Assembly: GCA_964554375.1 (NCBI GenBank)
Contig: CAZKOL010000001.1
Span: 24,597-88,596 of the forward strand
DNA length: 64,000 nt
Reading direction: 5' to 3'
Origin: an uncultured Dehalococcoidales bacterium
GTDB lineage: Bacteria; Chloroflexota; Dehalococcoidia; GIF9; UBA5629
Made by a program: the position numbers and the translations under genes. This document shows, piece after piece, positions 18,550 to 27,260 of this stretch. The notes beneath the pieces were generated by a model. It did not search any database, was not told the origin of the DNA, and worked only from the letters and a program-made list of their open reading frames with translations. Numbering within the stretch: the first letter of the stretch is position 1; each line of letters starts with the position of its first letter.

Positions 18550-21500
18550 ATCGTGATCAGGCTTACACCCAGGTTAAGCAGACCTTCACTCACGGCTTTG
18601 ATGCAGAGCAGTTCCGTAATTTTGTGATCAATCTATTGAATCATGTTGATATATCCAAGGCGCAGTCGTGGAATAGTCAATATGTTAAGGGCGCTTTTAA
18701 GGAACATGTTCAACGGTATGAGCGTCTTGGTACATATACCTCGCCAAGTGGTGAGAAACTGGATTTGCTTGTTGTTTATTTGACGAGTGCTACGAAGCTT
18801 GAACGTGCCCGCACAGCCATTCGTAACTTCGTCGCCGATCACCTCAAGACACGGGATGAAAAAGATGCCGCTCTGGTTGCTTTTGTATCCCCGCTGGAAA
18901 AGCAGTGGCGGTTTTCCTATGTCAAAATGGAATACGCTACCTTTGTAAAGGAATCTGGCAAGGTGGGCGTGGAAACACGGCTCACTCCGGCCCGCCGCTT
19001 CTCATATATCGTGGGAGAAGGCGAAAGCTGTCATACGGCTCAAACCCGGTTTTTCAGTTTGCTTCAGGACACGAAAACCGACCCTACACTTGCGGTCATT
19101 GAGGAAGCATTTAGTGTCGAGGCGGTCACCGCAGAATTCTTTAAGTGCTATGTGGAGCTTTTCGAGGGTATTCATTATGCGCTGGAACAGCGCATCCAAA
19201 AGGACAAGTCTATCCGTGATGAATTTCAGGAAAAAAATATCAATGCTGTGGACTTTTCTAAAAAGCTCATGGGGCAGGTTGTGTTTCTCTATTTTCTTCA
19301 AAAAAAAGGGTGGCTTGGTGTTGAAAACGGGCATGCCTGGGGCACTGGCCCGCGCGATTTCCTTCGCCGCCTCGCTAAAGGCGAATATGGTAAGTACTCA
19401 AACTTTTTCAATGATGTACTTGAACCGCTTTTCTATGACACCCTTGCTACTGACCGTGGCCATGATGCATGGTGTGATCACTTTAAGTGTCGCATCCCTT
19501 TTCTTAATGGCGGTTTGTTTGAACCGCTCTCTGGTTATAATTGGCGTACTACAAATATTCTCCTTCCGAATCACCTGTTTCTTAATGACAAATTCGTAGA
19601 GGAGGGCATTACAGGTACGGGCGTACTCGATGTATTTGACCGCTATAACTTTACTGTCAATGAAGCTGAACCGTTGGAAAAGGAAGTTGCAATTGACCCG
19701 GAGATGTTGGGTAAAGTCTTTGAGAATCTGATTGAAGAAAACCGGCGCAAAGGCTTGGGGTCATATTATACACCGCGCGAAATAGTGCATTATATGTGCC
19801 AGGAGAGCCTCATCAATTACCTTGATACTGTATTGAATACAGAAAGCCAATTGGTTCCCAGAGATGATATTGAAAACTTTATTTACTTAGGCGAGCAAAT
19901 CTCGCATTACGAGTCCGTGGATACCAAGTATCCTATTAAGATGCCCGCTACTATTGAGTCAAATGCTCGCTTGATTGATGCCAACCTGGCTGAGATTACA
20001 GTATGCGACCCTGCCGTTGGGTCCGGTGCGTTCCCTGTAGGGATGATGGCCGAGATCGTTCACGGTCGCTGCGCACTCACTCCCTATTTCAACGCCGTCC
20101 AGGAGCGCACCCCTTACCATTTCAAGAGACATGCAATACAAAATTGTCTTTATGGCGTGGATATCGACCCCGGCGCTGTCGAGATCGCCAAGCTGCGTCT
20201 TTGGCTTTCACTTGTCGTCGACGAGGAAGATGTTAAGCAAATAAAACCGTTACCGAACTTGGACTATAAAATTGTCACAGGAAACTCTATTCTTGGTTTC
20301 CCATTCAAATCGCAAAGGGTGACTGCTATAGAGAGCTTAAAGCAGCAATTCTTTGATGAGTATGATCAAGAAAAAAAAGCAGCGCTAAAATCTCAAATAG
20401 ATGAGCAATTGCGCGCGGCCTTTGTGGCTTCTAAAAAGACTCTTGGATACGATGTGAGCTTCGATTTCGAGATATTTTTTTCAGAAGTATTTTATAAGGG
20501 TGGGTTTGATATAGTTATCGCCAATCCACCATATGTAAGCTACGGGCTGCGTGGAGCACAGAAGATGTCACAACAAGAGAAAGATCTCCTTAAGCAGCTC
20601 TTCCCTGATTCTGCTGAATATAAGATCAGTCTATACGCGATCTTTATGGATAAGGCAATTCAATTAGCCAAGGTGGGCGGAGTACAAACGTTAATTGTTC
20701 CAGATAGCTTTCTTATGGGCAGGTTCTTTTCAAAAATAAGAAGCCTAATCCTTCGCAAGAACAAAATGATTGAGTTATTGGTTTTACCTTATGGAGTATT
20801 TGATACTACTGTGGGCTTCTCAATCGTGTATCTTTTTCAACGAAGTGACTCTGTGAATGCATCCTGCAAAGTCGTAACAAGATATATAGATTCAAAAGAC
20901 AAGGTGATGAATAAGACCCTAAGAACCTTCTCGTACCCACAAGATTACTTTAAGACTATTCGTTACAATCGGTTCAGGTTATTTTTTGATGAAACGACAA
21001 TGAATTTGATATCTAAAATTTCATCTGGAACAACACCACTCGGAGATATAATAGACTTTAATAGCGGTTTGATTGCTAAAGGCGGCAAGGATTCTATTGT
21101 TGCTACAGAAAAATTAAATAAATATTGGTTACCTGGACTATCATCCGGTGGTGAAATCAGGCGATTCGTATTAAAACCGAAAGGCTACTATATTCTATAT
21201 CAGAAAGATAAGATACATAGCGGGTATGATTGCGTAGATTATTTTACTGACAAATTATTTATGCGGCAGACAGGGGATTCTCTCATATGTGCAATTGATG
21301 ATATTCACTTGCTTTGCTTGAATAATGTTCATGTTGGAAATCTAAAAGACGACGATTATTCCTTAAAATATATTGCTGCCCTAATTAATAGTAAATTATT
21401 GAATTACTATTATAGGTCGCTTGCTTTAGAAAGTGGCAGAGCTATGGCTCAAACTGATATCGAAACCATAGAGGAACTGCCAATAAAAAAGATGTCAAGA

Positions 21501-21689
21501 ACCTATGAAATTCAAATCATTGAATTAGTTGACAATATCCTCGCCATTACTAAGGATGAGGATTACTTGGTTAACTCGACCAAACAAGATAGAGTCAACG
21601 GGCTTGAATTCCAGATTGACCAAATGATTTATGAAATTTATGATTTGACGCATAAAGAAATAACCAGCGTGAAGGGCAAAGCGTTTTGA
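18546..21689 (+). CDS. Eco57I/TaqI-like N6-adenine DNA methyltransferase with C-terminal target-recognition region
   Basis: LGSYYTPREIVHYM, AdoMet motif DPAVGSGAF, catalytic NPPY (VIANPPYVSY); ATGA start/stop overlap with the upstream helicase; 1047 aa. Confidence 0.8.
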   Translation: MNRDQAYTQVKQTFTHGFDAEQFRNFVINLLNHVDISKAQSWNSQYVKGAFKEHVQRYERLGTYTSPSGEKLDLLVVYLTSATKLERARTAIRNFVADHLKTRDEKDAALVAFVSPLEKQWRFSYVKMEYATFVKESGKVGVETRLTPARRFSYIVGEGESCHTAQTRFFSLLQDTKTDPTLAVIEEAFSVEAVTAEFFKCYVELFEGIHYALEQRIQKDKSIRDEFQEKNINAVDFSKKLMGQVVFLYFLQKKGWLGVENGHAWGTGPRDFLRRLAKGEYGKYSNFFNDVLEPLFYDTLATDRGHDAWCDHFKCRIPFLNGGLFEPLSGYNWRTTNILLPNHLFLNDKFVEEGITGTGVLDVFDRYNFTVNEAEPLEKEVAIDPEMLGKVFENLIEENRRKGLGSYYTPREIVHYMCQESLINYLDTVLNTESQLVPRDDIENFIYLGEQISHYESVDTKYPIKMPATIESNARLIDANLAEITVCDPAVGSGAFPVGMMAEIVHGRCALTPYFNAVQERTPYHFKRHAIQNCLYGVDIDPGAVEIAKLRLWLSLVVDEEDVKQIKPLPNLDYKIVTGNSILGFPFKSQRVTAIESLKQQFFDEYDQEKKAALKSQIDEQLRAAFVASKKTLGYDVSFDFEIFFSEVFYKGGFDIVIANPPYVSYGLRGAQKMSQQEKDLLKQLFPDSAEYKISLYAIFMDKAIQLAKVGGVQTLIVPDSFLMGRFFSKIRSLILRKNKMIELLVLPYGVFDTTVGFSIVYLFQRSDSVNASCKVVTRYIDSKDKVMNKTLRTFSYPQDYFKTIRYNRFRLFFDETTMNLISKISSGTTPLGDIIDFNSGLIAKGGKDSIVATEKLNKYWLPGLSSGGEIRRFVLKPKGYYILYQKDKIHSGYDCVDYFTDKLFMRQTGDSLICAIDDIHLLCLNNVHVGNLKDDDYSLKYIAALINSKLLNYYYRSLALESGRAMAQTDIETIEELPIKKMSRTYEIQIIELVDNILAITKDEDYLVNSTKQDRVNGLEFQIDQMIYEIYDLTHKEITSVKGKAF

Positions 21690-21877
21690 GCATGTTGTGT
21701 CCTTCTTTCGACGAAACGCCGGAGACTTTGTTTATAGGATTGGGATTCTCGCCACTTGACACTCGATTTCCTTTAGTGTCTGAAATATTTGATTTTGCTA
21801 TGTAACTTTGGGGCCTGTGGCACATAGGCAAACTGATTCTGGTGGGCACAATTGGCGAGTAACTGTTAATAATAGAG

Positions 21878-22405
21878 ATGTCTGACTTCACGTTTGAATT
21901 GGCTGGAGAGCAATTTAGAAGAGCCTATCTTCTTTACATTATAGAAATTCGTCATAGCAAAGATAGGTATTTCTACATCGGGCAAACCGGCGACAACCAT
22001 TATGTAACTGCTCGTCCTGCATTCCGGCGGTTATTCGGGCACCTGGAAGATAGTGGAGGAAGTACCCAGAATCAAATATACAAATATATTGCTACTAAGA
22101 TCCTCAGTTATAGCAAGTCTAATACCAGAGAAAAGTACAGTAATGAGTGTAAGCAGGCTGTTGAAGATTTCCTGGTAGGTTCTATTGTGCGCATGCACGT
22201 TTACAACGTGCTGCCTTTTAATCCTGCCATTAGCCGCCTTGACCATCTTGCAAACGTTAAAAAAGTTACTCTATTAGAAAAATATGTTATTAAAGCTTTT
22301 GCTGATTCAGGCAAGTCTCTTATTAACAAAGCCGTAAGGGCGCCGATTGGACCATGTCCGTATCCGCGACAACTCGCCCGAATTAAGGGTGAGTTCGATC
22401 TCTAA
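21878..22405 (+). CDS. GIY-YIG domain protein (putative nuclease)
   Basis: YLLYIIEI...YFYIGQTGD...RRLFGH fits GIY-x(10)-YIG-x(n)-R..H; 175 aa. Confidence 0.5.
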   Translation: MSDFTFELAGEQFRRAYLLYIIEIRHSKDRYFYIGQTGDNHYVTARPAFRRLFGHLEDSGGSTQNQIYKYIATKILSYSKSNTREKYSNECKQAVEDFLVGSIVRMHVYNVLPFNPAISRLDHLANVKKVTLLEKYVIKAFADSGKSLINKAVRAPIGPCPYPRQLARIKGEFDL

Positions 22406-22482
22406 AAACATCATTTATTAACCATTTCTTTCGGCTGATTCATGCCGGATACTGTACGTAACCGGTACATCATGCCAACCTA

Positions 22483-23250
22483 TCAACCGTATTTCGCGCT
22501 GAATGAATCCACTACATCCAACAGCCGCGCATCCAGCAAAGCTCTGACTTTCTTTATGATGTGGTCATCGATAGTTTTATAGTACGCCTGCGCTATCCCC
22601 CCGGTTATACAGGCCTGTGTATCGGTATCCCCACCCAAGGAAATGGCTTTACGGACGGCGTCTTCATAAGTGCTCGACTCCAGGAAGGCGATAATCGCCT
22701 GCGGCACGGATCCCTGGCAGGTTGGATCAAATCTGTAGCCGGGGCGGATTTCAGCCAGCGTTGCACTGAGGTCGTAATCAAAAGTAGTCTCGATGTAATC
22801 CTTTATTTCCTTTTTACCTTTACCTGTTCTTGCAAGAAAGATGGCTGCCGCTGTGGCCTGGGCGCCCTTGATGCCCTCCGGGTGGTTGTGGGTGACTTCT
22901 GCGCTTTTCTTCGCCTCTTCGAGGACTTTATCCAGAGTATCGAATGCAAAGCCGACCGGGCTGACCCTCATGGCTGAGCCGTTGCCGAAGCTGTTATAAG
23001 GTCGACTATTATTATTCCTCAGCCACTGCCTGAACATGCCGCCGTAACCGGCGTGGGGGAACAGGCGGCCCCACTCCTTGTACGCCGCCGCATATCCTTT
23101 ACCCGTCAGGATGCTGTCCGCTGTTGCAACGGTCATGACGGTGTCATCGGTGAACCTGCACCCCGGGCTGAACAGCGGGAAGTCCTCCGTTTTAACCGGG
23201 TGGGCTTCATAGACAGACCCGATGATGTCACCGGCGATGACTCCGATCAT
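22483..23250 (-). CDS. ADP-ribosylglycohydrolase family protein (ARH/DraG-like)
   Basis: N-terminal GDIIGS, C-terminal GGDTDTQACITGGIAQA metal-binding motif; 255 aa. Confidence 0.8.
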   Translation of the reverse strand: MIGVIAGDIIGSVYEAHPVKTEDFPLFSPGCRFTDDTVMTVATADSILTGKGYAAAYKEWGRLFPHAGYGGMFRQWLRNNNSRPYNSFGNGSAMRVSPVGFAFDTLDKVLEEAKKSAEVTHNHPEGIKGAQATAAAIFLARTGKGKKEIKDYIETTFDYDLSATLAEIRPGYRFDPTCQGSVPQAIIAFLESSTYEDAVRKAISLGGDTDTQACITGGIAQAYYKTIDDHIIKKVRALLDARLLDVVDSFSAKYG

Positions 23251-23391
23251 TTATTACGGATTCCCAAATAACATTTTTGACTGTTACTTCAATCTAACCG
23301 CTATAAAAATGGGGGCGGAGTTCGTTCTCAGGTATATAACGAAAATGAGTCGAAAATTGCGATTACTTCGTTTCCTGACAAACGCCTGAGG

Positions 23392-23643
23392 TTAGGCGAC
23401 ACCAGTCGGCTCCAACTCCAGGGTCACCAGAAGCGACGGATTGGGTACCAGGCCGAAATCAGCGGGATCTTCCCCTTCAAGGTGAAGCGCTACCGCCTCT
23501 TTTAGATTGGCAATAGTCTCATCCAATGTTTTCCCCTGCGTGACTACTGCTATCTCGTGACATTCAGCCACATAATAATCATCACCTTTATAAACGAAAG
23601 CCTTTATCGAGCTATGCATTGCTTTACTCCCGGTCCTTTCCAA
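23392..23643 (-). CDS. HicB-family (UPF0150) antitoxin-like protein
   Basis: FVYKGDDYYVAECHEIAVVTQGKTLDETIANLKEAVALHLE matches HicB/UPF0150 fold signature. Confidence 0.6.
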   Translation of the reverse strand: MERTGSKAMHSSIKAFVYKGDDYYVAECHEIAVVTQGKTLDETIANLKEAVALHLEGEDPADFGLVPNPSLLVTLELEPTGVA

Positions 23644-23700
23644 TCTATCTCAAAATGATACACCTATATTCCTCAATTGTAATCAATCTTCGCTGATTAC

Positions 23701-24027
23701 TCAATTAAGTATCTGATGATTTTCCACCTTCACCGGAGGTTTCCCCCGCATGAGACGTTCGGCGGCCTTTCTCATCCTCGGCTGTATCCGGATAACACCT
23801 GGCACTGAGGACGCCGATTGTAATTTGTCCCCGCACAAGCTCACCATGTCCTCGATGGCCAGCTCCTGCAGCGTACCCCGGACCATGCCGTAAGCCTCAT
23901 TCACATCGTCACCCATTTTGAAGCCGTCCACCACCGCCTCAAAAAGGTCCATTATCTCTATCTCATCTTTGCCACAGCTCGCCAGGTAGTTGATCACCTT
24001 TGCACCGGTTTCGATATTCTTTTTCAT
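23701..24027 (-). CDS. hypothetical protein upstream of HicB-like gene (non-HicA partner)
   Basis: 108-aa ORF; lacks the GSH motif of HicA. Confidence 0.4.
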   Translation of the reverse strand: MKKNIETGAKVINYLASCGKDEIEIMDLFEAVVDGFKMGDDVNEAYGMVRGTLQELAIEDMVSLCGDKLQSASSVPGVIRIQPRMRKAAERLMRGKPPVKVENHQILN

Positions 24028-24063
24028 GGATTTCTTTGCTCCTCCTTTTTATCCTCCGCAATA

Positions 24064-24675
24064 TCACGGGGCCAGCAATACCTTTACAGCGGAAACAACG
24101 GCCAATGCCGCGATCAAGACCACGGCCAGCACCAGCACGGCTGCGCCCAGTGTGCATAATGTGGCCGTGATGCAGAAACCGGCGCTGACCTTTGCCGCTG
24201 TCCACCCTTTTCCCATCCTGCTCAGCCCGCGCGTTTTTACCGCGGCGAAACAGGCAATGGCCAGGATCAGGGCGCCTGTGATTGTGAACCACAGGTTGAA
24301 CGGCATTAACATGAGACCTACCCCCAGGGGAATGCTGCAGAAAAGGGCCACCCGCTGCCAGGTCAAGGACGGCCAGGGCAGTATGCCGGGCTTATTTGCG
24401 GGGCGCGGCGGCGGGGGCGCCGTGCGGGTACGGCTCTGGCTGCTTCCACCGCTCCTCTGCCGGCAGTAAAGGTCGTACCACGTCTTTCTCTGCGGATCGG
24501 ACAGCACCTCGTAGGCTTCGTTGATCTCCTTCATGCGCTGCGCCGATCCGCCGGTATCAGGGTGGTACTTCCGCGCAAGCGCCGTGTAGGCAGCCCTGAC
24601 CACCTCAGTCTCCGCGCCGGGATTTACGCCCAGGATGCCGTAATAGTTTTTCCAGTTAAGCTCGTATTGCTCCAT
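24064..24675 (-). CDS. J-domain (DnaJ-like) membrane protein
   Basis: J-domain YYGILGV...YHPD; Pro-rich linker; two C-terminal TM helices. Confidence 0.75.
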   Translation of the reverse strand: MEQYELNWKNYYGILGVNPGAETEVVRAAYTALARKYHPDTGGSAQRMKEINEAYEVLSDPQRKTWYDLYCRQRSGGSSQSRTRTAPPPPRPANKPGILPWPSLTWQRVALFCSIPLGVGLMLMPFNLWFTITGALILAIACFAAVKTRGLSRMGKGWTAAKVSAGFCITATLCTLGAAVLVLAVVLIAALAVVSAVKVLLAP

Positions 24676-24678
24676 GGG

Positions 24679-24927
24679 TCAGATCTGTACGACGCCGCTT
24701 CCCCCACAGACGTGGCAACGCTTCCGGGACTCGAAGCCCGGTGAGCCGGCCTCCTCCATGCCCGTACCTCCGCACCTGTTGCACCAGCTGTCCCCCTGAT
24801 CCATCCTCACCCTGCCACTGCCGCCGCAGACTCCGCAGTCATGGGGCTTGTTAAAGGCGCCGTAATGCCCCTGCCGGCCTGTGCCGCCGCAACCCCTGCA
24901 GTTGACTACTCTACTCTGATCTTTCAT
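24679..24927 (-). CDS. DnaJ-type CxxCxGxG zinc-finger protein
   Basis: four CxxCxGxG repeats (CRGCGGTG, CGVCGGSG, CNRCGGTG, CHVCGGSG) in 82 aa. Confidence 0.7.
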   Translation of the reverse strand: MKDQSRVVNCRGCGGTGRQGHYGAFNKPHDCGVCGGSGRVRMDQGDSWCNRCGGTGMEEAGSPGFESRKRCHVCGGSGVVQI

Positions 24928-24941
24928 GTGATCCTCCTTGA

Positions 24942-26282
24942 TTATTTATAGTAGATATCTTCTTTCTTGAAACCGATGGGCCCGTTGTTCCTGCGGCTGA
25001 TCCTGCGCAGGACGGCGTCCACCTCCTCCCTGGTGAACCTGTAGCCCTTCCTGATGTCGTACAGGCTCCTGCTCTGTATCACCAGCCCGTAGATCACCTC
25101 CTGCACCTGCGCCGGCGTGTAGCCCTCCGTCATGCAGACCACGTGCTCCTGCACCGCCGGGTCGAGCGGTATCCTGCGGCACAGGTTGCGCACGATCTCC
25201 CGGCGCAGCTCCCTGCCGGGCGGACGCATGGTGATGACGCGGTCGAAACGCGAGGGACGCTGGCTGAGGGCGTCGTCCAGGGCCTCGGCGTAATTGGTGG
25301 TGGCGATGGTCACGACCTCGCTGCACTCCCTGACACCATCCAGGATGTCCAGCAGCTCGTTGAGGGCGTCCCCGCGGGCGCCCGGGCCGCCCCTGCTCTC
25401 CCCGATCAGGTCGATGTCCTCCAGGAAGACGATGGCGGGCCTGAGGTCGCCGGCTATGTCGTAGAGCTCCCTGATGTAGCGGGCGTGCACCAGCAGCGCC
25501 GGGTCGGCCGCCAGGCAGGTGACTCCGGGACTGTTGCTCATCAGAACTTTGGAGATGAGCGTCTTGCCTGTGCCCGGCTTCCCCGCCAGTATCAACCCCC
25601 GCTTGCGCGGTATGCCGTATTTTGCCAGCTCCTTGCTCCGTTTAAGGAAGCCCACCGTGTTGGCCACCAGCTCCTCCTTGATCTCGGGCTGCAGCGACAG
25701 GTCGTCCCAGGTCTTTGCGCCGGGCTGAAGGAACTCCAGGCCGCCGTTGTACTTTATCTTCTGACCCTTATAGAGCTGGAGTTTCTTTACAGTTCTGTCG
25801 ATGTCGGCGGCGAAGCGTTTTACCTCGTTTTTGATGCCAGCCGGCCCTTCGACGGCTATCCAGGCGCGTTCACCGTGGCGGCTGAACTTGACTCGCACCT
25901 CCAGCCGGCTGCCGGCGCGGCTCAGCAGCAGTCGTCCCTGGGTCAGCACGTTGACCCGCCTGCCCGGACCCGCCTCGATCTCGTTGTAATCGGGCTTCGA
26001 GTCTTTGTACAGGCCCAGCGCCCGCACGACCTTCCACTTTTCGCTTTTCAGGTAATCCTTGAGCGCCAGAGCCAGCAGGTTCTCGTAATAATGCTCCACC
26101 ACAACCGGCAACTCGGTTTTCTTGCCTCCACCCAGAAAGCCCTCGCCCATGTACGCCTGTTTTGCCCGCTGTTCGGCTATCTTAGACAGCGACGTGTTTT
26201 TCGGGGCGTCAACCTCGTCATCCTCGTCGTCTTCATCGCCGACGCACTCGATCATGTCGTACATTAGTCCGGGGTCCATTTT
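24942..26282 (-). CDS. AAA+ ATPase (classic AAA/CDC48 clade) with acidic N-terminus
   Basis: Walker A GKPGTGKT, Walker B IVFLEDID, second region of homology; start set at MDPGLMY with RBS agaaaagaggt; the longer ORF to 26510 lacks an RBS. Confidence 0.75.
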   Translation of the reverse strand, partial: KMDPGLMYDMIECVGDEDDEDDEVDAPKNTSLSKIAEQRAKQAYMGEGFLGGGKKTELPVVVEHYYENLLALALKDYLKSEKWKVVRALGLYKDSKPDYNEIEAGPGRRVNVLTQGRLLLSRAGSRLEVRVKFSRHGERAWIAVEGPAGIKNEVKRFAADIDRTVKKLQLYKGQKIKYNGGLEFLQPGAKTWDDLSLQPEIKEELVANTVGFLKRSKELAKYGIPRKRGLILAGKPGTGKTLISKVLMSNSPGVTCLAADPALLVHARYIRELYDIAGDLRPAIVFLEDIDLIGESRGGPGARGDALNELLDILDGVRECSEVVTIATTNYAEALDDALSQRPSRFDRVITMRPPGRELRREIVRNLCRRIPLDPAVQEHVVCMTEGYTPAQVQEVIYGLVIQSRSLYDIRKGYRFTREEVDAVLRRISRRNNGPIGFKKEDIYYK

Positions 26283-26428
26283 CACGTTTCTTACCTCTTT
26301 TCTAAGACTGCCATGATACTTTATAACGGGGCCGGGACAGCTATCTGTCACTCCGCCGGGGGACGGGTCAAGCGGGACTTTTTTATATGCCGATGATACG
26401 ATTAATTGTTGGAATATATAACAATCTC

Positions 26429-26458
26429 TTGACATGTTTTCATACCAAACAATATAAT
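26429..26458 (+). promoter_or_regulatory. sigma70-like promoter for the XRE-Panacea antitoxin operon
   Basis: TTGACA (26429-26434) - 18 nt - TATAAT (26453-26458), ~35 nt upstream of ATG 26493. Confidence 0.5.
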
Positions 26459-26492
26459 ATATTGTGTATAAAATGCAGATTTGGAGAATGTC

Positions 26493-27260
26493 ATGACTGA
26501 AATTAATCAACGAATAAAGACGTTGCGGCTAAATATAGGGGTAAGCCAGCAAAAACTCGCTGACATGCTGGGCGTTTCCCGTCCAACAATTACGCAGATA
26601 GAAGCAGGTGACCGGAAGATATCCTCTGCTGAACTGGTAAAGCTGTCTGAAATATTCAATCTCTCTGTCGATCAGTTGATTTGTTTGCAGGACGAGCCGC
26701 AGGTAATACTGCAAAATAAAATTCCGGGTAAGAAAATGGAACCCAGGATGAGGATTAATGTCCCACAAAAGAACCTGGACAAGTTTAAGGAAATCTTGAT
26801 TTATATCCTGAATAAAGTCGGCTCGAAGCCGAACATCGGCGAGACCGTGATTTACAAGCTCCTGTATTTCATCGATTTTGATTTTTATGAAAAGTACGAG
26901 AAACAATTGATCGGCGCCACTTACGCAAAAAATCATTATGGGCCAACGCCGCTGGAATTTAAGAAAGTGGTTGCAAAGATGATCTCCGACAACGATATCA
27001 CGAAGGTTCAGAATAGCTACTTCGATTACCCTCAGACTAAATATCTGCCCCTGAGGAAGGCCCATCTATCCGGATTAAATGCACACGAAGTTGAATTAAT
27101 AGATGGCGTACTGAATAAGCTGTCTGATATGAATGCCTCTCAAATAAGCGAATACTCCCACAACGACGTACCCTGGTTAACTACGGGAAGCGGGAAAATA
27201 ATTGAATATGAGGCTGTCTTTTACAGAACACCTTTGTATTCCGTAAGGGAATATTCCTGA
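26493..27260 (+). CDS. XRE-family HTH fused to Panacea (DUF4065/SocA-like) domain antitoxin
   Basis: N-terminal HTH LGVSQQKLADMLGVSRPTITQIE; C-terminal ETVIYKLLYFIDFDFYEKY...YGPTPLEF typical of Panacea domain. Confidence 0.75.
   Translation: MTEINQRIKTLRLNIGVSQQKLADMLGVSRPTITQIEAGDRKISSAELVKLSEIFNLSVDQLICLQDEPQVILQNKIPGKKMEPRMRINVPQKNLDKFKEILIYILNKVGSKPNIGETVIYKLLYFIDFDFYEKYEKQLIGATYAKNHYGPTPLEFKKVVAKMISDNDITKVQNSYFDYPQTKYLPLRKAHLSGLNAHEVELIDGVLNKLSDMNASQISEYSHNDVPWLTTGSGKIIEYEAVFYRTPLYSVREYS

Noticed and set aside
15331-21689. Calling the PLD-SNF2/MTase module DISARM
   Set aside because: No DrmA or DrmB (DUF1998) genes are present in the window, and the PLD domain is fused to the helicase rather than separate. 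It is described instead as a DISARM-related or type ISP/III-like two-gene module.
26481-26492. TTG start at 26481 for the XRE-Panacea gene (as in the ORF track)
   Set aside because: ATG at 26493 is preceded by ggag at appropriate spacing and follows the predicted -10 element, so the TTG extension is unlikely to be used.
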